Source: Minisyncoccota bacterium
Lineage (GTDB): Bacteria > Patescibacteriota > Minisyncoccia > RBG-13-40-8-A
Assembly (NCBI GenBank): GCA_035528175.1
Contig: DATKZC010000007.1
Coordinates: 1-54,515 of the forward strand
Direction of reading: 5' to 3'
Length of the DNA: 54,515 nt
Below are positions 7,248 through 15,600 of this stretch, one piece after another. The number at the start of each line of letters is the position of its first letter. Within the stretch, counting starts at the first letter, position 1. Under the pieces are notes generated by a model. That model worked only from the letters and a program-made list of their open reading frames with translations. It had not been told where the DNA came from and ran no database searches. The position numbers and the translations under genes are program-made.

Positions 7248-8870
7248 TCAATTTACCTTGGTAATTACTTTTATTTTATCTTTGTTTGCGGGGACTTTCT
7301 TTACCCAGAATGGCCAGAATATGACTTTTGCTGTTTCAATCTCCGGAAGCGAAGAAAGGTATTTTCTTACATCCTCTTCGGATTTACCGGCTAAATCATT
7401 TTTGATTTTTTGCTCGTCAATACTCGTAATTGATTCAGCTTCAACTTTACAGGAAAGATCGACTTTGCCCTGGGCTAAATTAAGTTTTGAAACACTGTAA
7501 TCAACTTTAATTGTGGAAAATAATAAAGTTCTATTATTGGGAATCTCGTCGCTGACGGTTTTTTCTATTAAATACAAAGCATCTTCTTCTTTGAATGCCA
7601 ATCCGGAAACTTTTATCCTTACCGTAACAATAAATTTTTCTCCAGGCTGGTTTGCTTTTAAATTCGAAGAGGATTCTATGATCTCTGTGGCCTGGCCGTT
7701 ATCAAGTATTTTCAGGCCTGCTGAAATTTTTGCCTGGAAATCTTTCAGAGCTGCTTCTTTTAATCCCAGAATTACAATATTGGCTGCTCCCTTTATATCG
7801 TCTGCTGTGGCAACTTTCATTTTTCCTTTTGCACCTCCGGTCATCGGTTCAGTTGATTTGCCGTAAAAAGCAGTATATTTAGGACCTCCTTCAAATCCTG
7901 GAATAGTGAAATCAGATGGCCCGATATTATATGCTTCTCCTGCCTCGTCTGCCTCTACATCCACTTCTTTGTTGCTGGCAATGATTTTGCCTTCATCTAT
8001 TGTTGCTCCAGGAATCGTTACTGTACTGATTAATCTGAAAATCTTGCCGTCTTTTGAACGAAATCTGGTTGTTTTTACCAGTGTCTGCGGGCTTGAACTA
8101 AATTGGTTATAGACGGTTATTTTCCCTCTTGCCTTTTCTAAAACATCCCTTTCTCCCGTACTCGGGAATTCCCTGCTCTCCATTTTTTCCGTCTCAAAAT
8201 ATTGGGCCGGAATTATTGCCTCTTCGGCTTTTATCGAATCAACACTTTTATCGGCTGTAATTTCGTCTTCAAACTGCACTTTTTCTCTTTTGGGATTAAT
8301 AACGACCTGGGCACGCGGAAAAATAAAGAAAACAACCCAAGCCAATGCCAATAAACAAAGGACGACCAATAATATTTTAAGTGTAGTTGGGGTAAAAAAC
8401 TTAAATTTAAAACGCCTTATTTTCTTTGGCTTCTCCGGCCTTTCCGGTAGTGGTTCAGAAAAAATTGATTCTGTTCTTGATTCGGGTTCTAACTCTGGTT
8501 CTGGTTGAATTTCCTCTATTGCTTCTTCTTCTTCTATTTTTTCTTCTTTTCTTTGAATCATTATATCAGACATTATTCTTAAATCAACTATTCTTCCTGC
8601 CCTTTCCGGCCTTCTTGTTAATTCTTGTTTTTCTGTTAATTTTATACCCACTTGCTTTGCAAGTTTCTTGATAAATTCGTCGGAAGTTGCTATATAGATA
8701 TTTTTGCCCAAAAATCCTGATTCTTCTTTTAAAATTCTTAAATTAATAATACTGCGCAGAGCAGTTGTCCCCAAAGGAATAACTAAAACAATATTAGTGT
8801 CTTGGCCTAATTTTATTTTATCTATTATTGAAAAAAATTCATCATTTTTTCCTAAAAGAAGATTTTGCAT
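7248..8870 (-). CDS. Hypothetical single-pass membrane protein
   Basis: 540 aa. It has a roughly 90-aa N-terminal cytoplasmic domain, an E/P-rich linker, the TM helix LKILLVVLCLLALAWVVFFIF and a roughly 350-aa extracytoplasmic beta-rich domain. Only 2 nt separate it from the FtsA-like gene. I recognise no family with confidence. Confidence 0.6.
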   Translation of the reverse strand: MQNLLLGKNDEFFSIIDKIKLGQDTNIVLVIPLGTTALRSIINLRILKEESGFLGKNIYIATSDEFIKKLAKQVGIKLTEKQELTRRPERAGRIVDLRIMSDIMIQRKEEKIEEEEAIEEIQPEPELEPESRTESIFSEPLPERPEKPKKIRRFKFKFFTPTTLKILLVVLCLLALAWVVFFIFPRAQVVINPKREKVQFEDEITADKSVDSIKAEEAIIPAQYFETEKMESREFPSTGERDVLEKARGKITVYNQFSSSPQTLVKTTRFRSKDGKIFRLISTVTIPGATIDEGKIIASNKEVDVEADEAGEAYNIGPSDFTIPGFEGGPKYTAFYGKSTEPMTGGAKGKMKVATADDIKGAANIVILGLKEAALKDFQAKISAGLKILDNGQATEIIESSSNLKANQPGEKFIVTVRIKVSGLAFKEEDALYLIEKTVSDEIPNNRTLLFSTIKVDYSVSKLNLAQGKVDLSCKVEAESITSIDEQKIKNDLAGKSEEDVRKYLSSLPEIETAKVIFWPFWVKKVPANKDKIKVITKVN

Positions 8871-8872
8871 AT

Positions 8873-9964
8873 TTACTGATTTTGAATTAATTTTATCACT
8901 CTTTTAAAAATGGGCAAAAATATATTTTCTCCGCCCGGCCAATCCTCATAAACTCTTTTTAGTGCCAAGCGGGAATCATCTTCCAATTTTAAAATCTTAA
9001 ATTCCTTTTCTTTTTTTAAACTGCTTTCTATAAGAGGAAATTTAGATCCCTCGCCACAGAGAAAAATCTTAGAAGGCAAGAATTTATATTTCTTGTAAAA
9101 ATCCTCCAAAACGAACTTCACCCCTTTCTGCCACGAAGAAATATTCGGTGCAAACAATTTATCCAGCTTTCTTTTAACTTCCTGACTTACTTCTTTATTG
9201 CTGTATTTATTCTTCACGGTTTCTGCTTCTGATGGCTTCATTCCCAAAAAATCAGCTAAAACCCGGGTAAGCGCTTGTCCACCTAAGTGAAAACTTCTTG
9301 TTTCTATTACTCCTCCACCATTTTCTATTAAAGTAATTTCGGTGGTTTTCCCTCCGATATCAATAATCAACGCATTTCCTTTTTGTGATTTTTCTAAATC
9401 AAGATAGGAAAACAAGGCATAAGAAATCGGGACAAAACCAACTGATTTTAATTTTAGTGTTCCAATTAATTTTTCTAAACCATCTAAGTTTTTGGAAGCA
9501 ATATATGTATTATAAACACTCAAACAAATTTGCTGGCCATGCGCTCCAATCGGGTCAATAATTGAACGACCGTCAATTTTAATATCAATTACAAATGCAT
9601 CTATTAACCTGGCGTCCGTATCTTTGAACTCTGTTTCCAGAACAAATTCCTTTCTTATAATATCCAACGCTTTCCATTCGATTTTCTGGATTAAATATTT
9701 TAATTCCGCCATATCAAATTTCTGATTTGGATTTTCTCGTTTATAGCAGAGTGTAATTGTTTTACCTTTTAAAATATCGTTTCCGATCCCCCAAAAAACT
9801 CCTTCTGGTTTAATGCCTGATTTTTTCTTTAAAATTTTAATTACTTTCTGGCAAGCTAAAAAAATGTCTTCAGAATTAGATTTTTCAACCGATGTTCTGG
9901 TCTCAGAAATCAATCCTTTTACAAATTGCGTTCCAATATCTAAAACAATAATGTTTTTCATCAA
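8873..9964 (-). CDS. Actin-like ATPase of the FtsA/PilM family (divergent)
   Basis: 363 aa. Phosphate-1 motif VLDIGTQFVKG, phosphate-2/adenosine motifs IIDIGGKTTEI and FLCGEGSKF, and an overall FtsA-like layout. Confidence 0.7.
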   Translation of the reverse strand: MMKNIIVLDIGTQFVKGLISETRTSVEKSNSEDIFLACQKVIKILKKKSGIKPEGVFWGIGNDILKGKTITLCYKRENPNQKFDMAELKYLIQKIEWKALDIIRKEFVLETEFKDTDARLIDAFVIDIKIDGRSIIDPIGAHGQQICLSVYNTYIASKNLDGLEKLIGTLKLKSVGFVPISYALFSYLDLEKSQKGNALIIDIGGKTTEITLIENGGGVIETRSFHLGGQALTRVLADFLGMKPSEAETVKNKYSNKEVSQEVKRKLDKLFAPNISSWQKGVKFVLEDFYKKYKFLPSKIFLCGEGSKFPLIESSLKKEKEFKILKLEDDSRLALKRVYEDWPGGENIFLPIFKRVIKLIQNQ

Positions 9965-9987
9965 TTATTATTATAACAGAAAATATT

Positions 9988-11727
9988 TTATTTTAAAACA
10001 GCCTTGACACGACGCACGCCGGCTGATGATGATTCTTCTTTTAAGATTTTAAAATGTCCGAGCTGGCTGGTTCTTTGCACGTGCGGGCCAGAGCATATTT
10101 CCAAACTGAAAGTTTGCCCCGAGGAATTCGAGGGGGCACTTCCAATTGAATAAACTTTCACTTTGTCTCCATATTTACTTTCAAAAACTCCCATTGCGCC
10201 CATTTTTCTTGCCTCGTCCAAAGGAACCTCACAACAATCAATAGGCAGATTCTTTTTGATTTGTTCATTAACTATATCTTCAATTTCTTTCAATTGTTCT
10301 TTGCTCACTTTTTCCGAGTGGGAAAAATCTAATCTTAATCTTTCCGCAGTAATGTTTGAACCTTTTTGGAAAACATGTTCGCCCAAAACTTTGCGTAATG
10401 CAGCCAAAAGTAAATGCGCAGCAGTATGAAGTTTTGTCACCTGTTCTGAATTATCCGCCAATCCTGATTTAAACTTCCCAGCAGTAGCTGTTCGGGATAA
10501 TTGTTGATGTTTGGCAAATTCCTTTTGAAATCCTTTTGTAATTTCCTCCTCATCGTATTTTATCCCCTTGTTTTTTAATTCTTCTAAATATAGTTCAAAA
10601 GGAATTCCATTGGTTGAAAAAAAATTAAAAGCTGTTCGCCCCGTAATATTCTTTTCTAGTTCTTCTAGTCCCCTTTTAAGTGTTTTAGCAAAAACATTTT
10701 CTTCTTGTATTAGTTGTTTAATAATAAAATCTTTGTTATTTTCCAGTTCTGGCCATTCGTTTTTCATTAAATCAATTACTAATTTTCCAATTTCGTAAAT
10801 AAATAATTTTCTAATTCCAATTTTTTGACCATGTCCAATTGCTCGCCTAATTAATCTTCTTGCCGTGTATCCTTGCTCAATATTTGACGGCACAACTCCA
10901 TCCGCAATAATAAAAACTGATGCACGAATATGGTCAGCAATAATTCTCTCAGATTTTTTATCATAATCAGTTGCCATTTTTTTGATTGCTTCAATAATTG
11001 ATTTTAATGGCTCAATTTCATAAACACTTTTTGTATTATTCCTGCCTGCCGGCAGGCAGGTTAAAATCGCCACAGTTCTTTCAACTCCCATACCCGTATC
11101 AACATTCTTTTGCTTTAATGGTTCATACTTGCCATCCGCGGTTTTATTATATTCCATAAAAACATCATTCCAGATTTCCACGCCATCATAAAACATTTCA
11201 GTGCACGGACCACAAGGACCTGTCTTTCCGGCTGGTCCCCAAAAATTATCTTCTTTATCTAAAAATTTGATTTTTTTAATTCCCAATGATTTCCAGATTT
11301 CAGCGGATTCCAAATCCCGCGGGATTTGTTCCGAGCCTGTCGAGGAACCAGCGAAAACTGAAACTGAAATTCTTTTTTTATCCAATCCTAATTCTTTAGT
11401 CAAAAACTCTAAACTCATCTCTATTGCTTCTTTTTTCCAATAACTTCCAAAACTCCAATTTCCCAGCATTTCAAAAAAAGTTAAGTGCCAGTCATCGCCA
11501 ACTTCATCAATATCGCTGGTTCTAATACATTTTTGCACATTAACTAATTTATCCCCTGCCGGATGCTTTTCGCCCAATAAATACGGCACTAATGGATGCA
11601 TTCCTGCGGTGGTAAATAAAACCGTAGGATCATTTTCCGGAATTAAAGAAGCAGAAGGAATAATTTTATGTCCCCTGCTCTGAAAAAATTTCAAATATTT
11701 TTCTTTTAAATCTTTTGTTGTAATCAT
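9988..11727 (-). CDS. alaS: Alanine--tRNA ligase, short form lacking the C-terminal C-Ala/DHHA1 domain
   Basis: It has the class II catalytic core (FTTAGM, GNWSFGDYWK-like), the editing-domain HTAAHLL...CSGPHV Zn motifs, and ends about 40 aa later. I prefer the ATG at 11727 (the track's TTG is at 11730). Confidence 0.92.
   Translation of the reverse strand: MITTKDLKEKYLKFFQSRGHKIIPSASLIPENDPTVLFTTAGMHPLVPYLLGEKHPAGDKLVNVQKCIRTSDIDEVGDDWHLTFFEMLGNWSFGSYWKKEAIEMSLEFLTKELGLDKKRISVSVFAGSSTGSEQIPRDLESAEIWKSLGIKKIKFLDKEDNFWGPAGKTGPCGPCTEMFYDGVEIWNDVFMEYNKTADGKYEPLKQKNVDTGMGVERTVAILTCLPAGRNNTKSVYEIEPLKSIIEAIKKMATDYDKKSERIIADHIRASVFIIADGVVPSNIEQGYTARRLIRRAIGHGQKIGIRKLFIYEIGKLVIDLMKNEWPELENNKDFIIKQLIQEENVFAKTLKRGLEELEKNITGRTAFNFFSTNGIPFELYLEELKNKGIKYDEEEITKGFQKEFAKHQQLSRTATAGKFKSGLADNSEQVTKLHTAAHLLLAALRKVLGEHVFQKGSNITAERLRLDFSHSEKVSKEQLKEIEDIVNEQIKKNLPIDCCEVPLDEARKMGAMGVFESKYGDKVKVYSIGSAPSNSSGQTFSLEICSGPHVQRTSQLGHFKILKEESSSAGVRRVKAVLK
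10111..10137 (-). repeat. GC-rich element copy (PSxSSGQ family) in-frame in alaS, encoding APSNSSGQT
   Basis: The coding strand GCCCCCTCGAATTCCTCGGGGCAAAC aligns with copies in dnaK, the CsaA-like gene, cysS and the spacer at 38603. Confidence 0.6.
11041..11060. repeat. 20-nt perfect palindrome CCTGCCTGCCGGCAGGCAGG in-frame in alaS (CLPAGR)
   Basis: Self-complementary, 80% GC, and identical to 12687-12706 in mnmA. Confidence 0.8.
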
Positions 11728-11734
11728 CAATTTA

Positions 11735-11763
11735 ATTATAAGCTACAAATAAATCCATAGCAA
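11735..11763 (-). promoter_or_regulatory. Putative sigma70-type promoter of alaS (leaderless)
   Basis: Minus strand reads TTGCTA-17 nt-TATAAT, then 7 nt to the ATG at 11727. No SD is present. Confidence 0.5.
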
Positions 11764-11766
11764 CTA

Positions 11767-11795
11767 TTGACAATAATATGAATATGTATTAGGAT
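11767..11795 (+). promoter_or_regulatory. Putative promoter of the orphan gene at 11814
   Basis: TTGACA-17 nt-TAGGAT, followed by an AAGGAGG SD 5 nt before the ATG. It lies back-to-back with the alaS promoter. Confidence 0.45.
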
Positions 11796-11813
11796 TAGCA
11801 ATAAGGAGGATTC

Positions 11814-12155
11814 ATGAACATTATTAAATATCTGCAGATGCTGACGGAAACGGGACTTCTAGATTGGGTTTCGTTAGAGAAGGGCAAAAAATTCGAACTT
11901 CTATTCGAGCAATTCATCATCACCATCTTTGAAACGAACAAAGAAACGAAGGCCTGTTGGATTCTAGAAATCCACGACACAAAAGGAGGATTAAAAGAAC
12001 TTATTGGGTTCCACGACAAAAACAACGGGTATTGGGATGTTTGTCCTTTATATCACACCATCAAAACAAACTTGAATAAACCCCGTCCTCAATCTCTCTC
12101 CGATCTTCAAGAAAGAGTACTTGAAACCCTCTCAAAAGAACTTTTCTGCTGCTAA
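11814..12155 (+). CDS. Hypothetical protein (orphan, opposite orientation to both neighbours)
   Basis: 113 aa with a strong SD, its own promoter-like and terminator-like signals, and no recognisable motif. Confidence 0.55.
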   Translation: MNIIKYLQMLTETGLLDWVSLEKGKKFELLFEQFIITIFETNKETKACWILEIHDTKGGLKELIGFHDKNNGYWDVCPLYHTIKTNLNKPRPQSLSDLQERVLETLSKELFCC

Positions 12156-12169
12156 AATTGTAGCCAAAC

Positions 12170-12206
12170 AGGCCCCGCGCATAACAGCCGGGGCCTAATT
12201 TTTATT
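12170..12206 (+). terminator. Rho-independent terminator (probably bidirectional, shared with mnmA)
   Basis: Stem AGGCCCCG (12170-12177) / CGGGGCCT (12189-12196) followed by AATTTTTATTT. It lies between convergent stops at 12155 and 12220. Confidence 0.7.
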
Positions 12207-12219
12207 TATTTTTGTTTTA

Positions 12220-13245
12220 TTAAAGAATCACTCCTCCACCCATGAGTTCACCGTCTAAGTAAAACACCGCACTTTGACCAGAGGTAATTGCGCGCTGCGG
12301 TTTTTTAAAAACAATTTTACTGCCTTTAATTATTGCATCCGCCATTTTTGCCATGGAACGAATTTTAACTTTACATTTTCCTGTATATGGTTTTCCACTA
12401 ATCCAATTCATATTTTTCACAGCCATTCCTTTTTGCAATAAATCTTTTTTTGATTTGGATACAATTAAAGTATTTTTTTTATAGTCCTTTTTCACTACAT
12501 AATACGGCCCCCCGCTTAATCCTATGTTTTTTCTCTGTCCGATTGTATAAAAAATTAAGCCCTTATGCTCACCAATTTTTTTATTATCCATCGTAATAAT
12601 CGGGTCTGCCACGCAACTGCTGGGACGGGGTAAATCAAAACAAATATCCTGACTTTCTTTTTTATTGAATACTGGTAATTTGAATCCCTGCCTGCCGGCA
12701 GGCAGGTTTTTTGCCAATCCCCTAACTTGTTCTTTGGTATAATCGCCAAGCGGAAATAAAATCTTTGTTAATTGTTTTTGTTTTAAGGTCCAAAGAAAAT
12801 AACTTTGGTCTTTTTTTATGTCTTTAGCAATAAATAATTTTCCGTCTTTAATTCTGGCGTAATGGCCGGTTGCGATAAAATCAGCTTTTAATTGCACCAT
12901 TTTTTCTAATAAAAACCTGAATTTAATATATTTATTGCATTCTACGCACGGATTTGGCGTATTGCCTGATTCATATTCTTTAAGGGTATAATCAATCACC
13001 TGTTTTTTGAATTCTTTGCGCACATCTAAAACTTTAAAATCAATTTTTAGTTTTTTGGCGACAATCTTCGCATCCTGCGGATTACTATTCTTATGCATTA
13101 ACATAAAAATACCGACGACATTATATCCTCCGCCCAAGGCAGACAAGTCGTTTTTTAACATGGCAGCAGCAACAGAACTATCTACTCCGCCACTCATTGC
13201 AATAATTACCCTGCCTCGCCGGCAGGCGGCCCTTTTATTATCCAT
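12220..13245 (-). CDS. mnmA: tRNA-specific 2-thiouridylase
   Basis: 341 aa. It has the PP-loop IAMSGGVDSS, the catalytic CNK.IKF region and DQSYFL. Confidence 0.92.
   Translation of the reverse strand: MDNKRAACRRGRVIIAMSGGVDSSVAAAMLKNDLSALGGGYNVVGIFMLMHKNSNPQDAKIVAKKLKIDFKVLDVRKEFKKQVIDYTLKEYESGNTPNPCVECNKYIKFRFLLEKMVQLKADFIATGHYARIKDGKLFIAKDIKKDQSYFLWTLKQKQLTKILFPLGDYTKEQVRGLAKNLPAGRQGFKLPVFNKKESQDICFDLPRPSSCVADPIITMDNKKIGEHKGLIFYTIGQRKNIGLSGGPYYVVKKDYKKNTLIVSKSKKDLLQKGMAVKNMNWISGKPYTGKCKVKIRSMAKMADAIIKGSKIVFKKPQRAITSGQSAVFYLDGELMGGGVIL
12687..12706. repeat. 20-nt perfect palindrome CCTGCCTGCCGGCAGGCAGG in-frame in mnmA (LPAGRQ)
   Basis: 20/20 identical to the alaS copy but read in a different frame. 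Confidence 0.8.
13210..13230. repeat. Degenerate copy of the palindrome (CCTGCCTCGCCGGCAGGCGGC) at the mnmA 5' end, encoding AACRRGR
   Basis: It differs from the 20-mer by one inserted C and one lost A. It lies just upstream of the PP-loop codons. Confidence 0.6.
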
Positions 13246-13702
13246 TTCTTTTAAATATCCCGATAAAAATCAATGGCACCAAAAACCACAAAGCCCGGGC
13301 GAGCGATGTATTAAATATTTTTAAAGTCAAATCGCTGAATTGGGAAATTAAATCTTCTGGAAAAAAAGAAAATACCATAGTCAATACAATTCCAACTAAA
13401 AATAATCCGTAAAAAAATATCTGGAAAATTGAGCGTGTTCCTCTTTTTGATTTTAAAACTGACTTTGAAAAAATAATATAAACAATCCCGATTAAAACTA
13501 AAAACAAAACAATCATTACCACAAAATTCTCCTCTTTGCCAAAAAAATCAGGGAACATTTTTTTCACGGGAATCACACTCAATAGAGCGGATGAGATATA
13601 GCTTCCCAGCAGCATCAAAAAAATCCTATTCTTGCCGAGTATTAAACCCAACAAGAATCCTATTCCAGCTAAAAATAAAACAATGATTAAATCCCAAGTC
13701 AT
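13238..13702 (-). CDS. Integral membrane protein, CvpA-like (tentative)
   Basis: 154 aa with 4 predicted TM helices. The N-terminus M.WDLIIVLFL..G...G resembles the CvpA family. It overlaps the dnaJ stop by 4 nt and the mnmA start by 8 nt. Confidence 0.45.
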   Translation of the reverse strand: MTWDLIIVLFLAGIGFLLGLILGKNRIFLMLLGSYISSALLSVIPVKKMFPDFFGKEENFVVMIVLFLVLIGIVYIIFSKSVLKSKRGTRSIFQIFFYGLFLVGIVLTMVFSFFPEDLISQFSDLTLKIFNTSLARALWFLVPLIFIGIFKRNG

Positions 13703-14826
13703 AATCCCTCCTCTTTTAATTTCTCAATTAATTCTTTTTCTTTTTTAGATAATTTTTGCGGGATTTTGATTTTGATACGCACATACTGGTCGCCTCGGCC
13801 ATAAGAATTCAATCTTGGCATACCTTTTCCTGATAATTTAAACATTTTCCCGCCTTCTGTGCCTGCAGGAATTTTTAATTTTAAATCCCCTTCTAATGTT
13901 GAAATATCAATCTTATCTCCTAATACTGCCTGCGAAAATTTTATTTCTGCATCACAATAAATATCGTCTCTTTTCCTGATGAAAATCTTATGCGGCTTTA
14001 AACGTATGCGCACGTATAAATCTCCTGATATTCCGCCTTTTTTCGCTACCTCGCCTTTTCCTGGAAATTTTATTGTCTGTCCATTATCAACTCCTACCGG
14101 TAAATCAACTTTAATTGTTTCAATTTCACTTACCCTTCCTGTGCCCTTACATTCTTTACATTCTTTTTCATGCAGTTCGCCTTCGCCAGAACACTTCGGA
14201 CAAGTTATAACCTGCGAAAATGTTCCGAAAAAAGTTCTTTTTGTCTGTTGAACTTGGCCATTGCCCCCGCATTCAGGACATTTTTTCTTTCCACTTCCAG
14301 GCTCTCCGCCTGTTCCTTTGCAGTGTTTACAAATAATATATTTTTTTAAATTAATTTCTTTTTCAATGCCTGTAAATGCCTCTTCTAAAGTAATTTCCAT
14401 ATCAACCACAATATCTTTGCCGTGTTCCTTTCTCGTTCTTCTGCCTCCTCCACCTCCATTAAAAAATTGGCTGAAAATATCAGAAAAACTTCCGCCTCCA
14501 AAAATATCTCCTAAATCCCAGCCCGAGGATGGTCCGCCTTGGGCGGAAAATTCTCCTCCTTCTTGATAATTCCTGAAAATATCCTCCCAACTCATACCCG
14601 CACCTCCAAAACCAGCTTGATCAAAGCTTGACCCGAACTGGTCGTATTGCTGACGCTTTTCATCATTGGATAAAACTGAATATGCTTCATTAACTTCTTT
14701 AAACTTCTTTTCATCCCCACCTTTATCCGGATGATGTTGATGAGCAAGCTTTCTGAAAGCTTGCTTTATCTCTTCTTTATTCGCATCTTTATTTACTCCA
14801 AGTGTCTTGTAATAATCTTTACTCAT
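13699..14826 (-). CDS. dnaJ: Molecular chaperone DnaJ
   Basis: J domain with HPD (KLAHQHHPDKGG), a G/F-rich region and four CxxCxGxG zinc-finger repeats. Confidence 0.95.
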   Translation of the reverse strand: MSKDYYKTLGVNKDANKEEIKQAFRKLAHQHHPDKGGDEKKFKEVNEAYSVLSNDEKRQQYDQFGSSFDQAGFGGAGMSWEDIFRNYQEGGEFSAQGGPSSGWDLGDIFGGGSFSDIFSQFFNGGGGGRRTRKEHGKDIVVDMEITLEEAFTGIEKEINLKKYIICKHCKGTGGEPGSGKKKCPECGGNGQVQQTKRTFFGTFSQVITCPKCSGEGELHEKECKECKGTGRVSEIETIKVDLPVGVDNGQTIKFPGKGEVAKKGGISGDLYVRIRLKPHKIFIRKRDDIYCDAEIKFSQAVLGDKIDISTLEGDLKLKIPAGTEGGKMFKLSGKGMPRLNSYGRGDQYVRIKIKIPQKLSKKEKELIEKLKEEGL

Positions 14827-15599
14827 AAACTAACTGATTCTACTTCTTTTTGAATTTTTTTCGATTTAACGAATTTAAGTTTTATCAAAATTTTAATTGC
14901 CAACCAACTTAACATTATTACAATCGGCACATAAAACAAGCTCACTAATTTTAAACTTAAAAATAATCCAACTGCCAGACCCAATGGAATCAAATATCTA
15001 AACGGCTCAACAAGATTATTTAATTGTTTGTCAATCAAATTATATACTGTATTTTTGCTTGCATTTATAATGCCAACACTAATCTTATCTTCTAATGGTT
15101 TTAGAACGGAATCAATAATCTCATCTGATACTGATATCCTCGCATCTCTTTTACTAATAAGTCCCGGGGAAAAATAATAAACAACCGAAATAAGTAAAAT
15201 TAGCGTAGTAATAAATATCGGCAATCCCCTTTTCCAAATGCGCCAATAATCTAGATTTGCCTGAATCTCTTCTTCTTTTTTAATCTTTCGTGTTGCCGCC
15301 ATAAATGCTAAAAAAAGCAAAATCAAAACTATAAGGTAATAAAACGGCTCATTGTGAAAGAAAATAAAAAACAAGACAAGGGTTAGTCCTATTGAACTAA
15401 ATAAGATTGCCTTGTTTTTAATCAGAAGCATTGCCAGACATAAAGCAATGCCGAATAAAATAAATAAAATCCCTCCCAGTATCCAGCAACCCGCTGTTAA
15501 TCCGCCGACATAAAAAACATATCGGAGAAAGTACCACGCAAACAGCCCCAATAATACCACAGCTACGCCGAGTATTATTTCTTTATATATTTTTTTCAT
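14823..15599 (-). CDS. Polytopic membrane protein of unknown function inserted between dnaK and dnaJ
   Basis: The ATG at 15599 (MKKIYKEIILG...) lies 1 nt after the dnaK stop, giving 258 aa and about 7 TM helices. The track's longer ORF (to 15740) overlaps the dnaK 3' end and is unlikely. Its stop overlaps the dnaJ ATG. Confidence 0.65.
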   Translation of the reverse strand: MKKIYKEIILGVAVVLLGLFAWYFLRYVFYVGGLTAGCWILGGILFILFGIALCLAMLLIKNKAILFSSIGLTLVLFFIFFHNEPFYYLIVLILLFLAFMAATRKIKKEEEIQANLDYWRIWKRGLPIFITTLILLISVVYYFSPGLISKRDARISVSDEIIDSVLKPLEDKISVGIINASKNTVYNLIDKQLNNLVEPFRYLIPLGLAVGLFLSLKLVSLFYVPIVIMLSWLAIKILIKLKFVKSKKIQKEVESVSL

Positions 15600-15600
15600 A

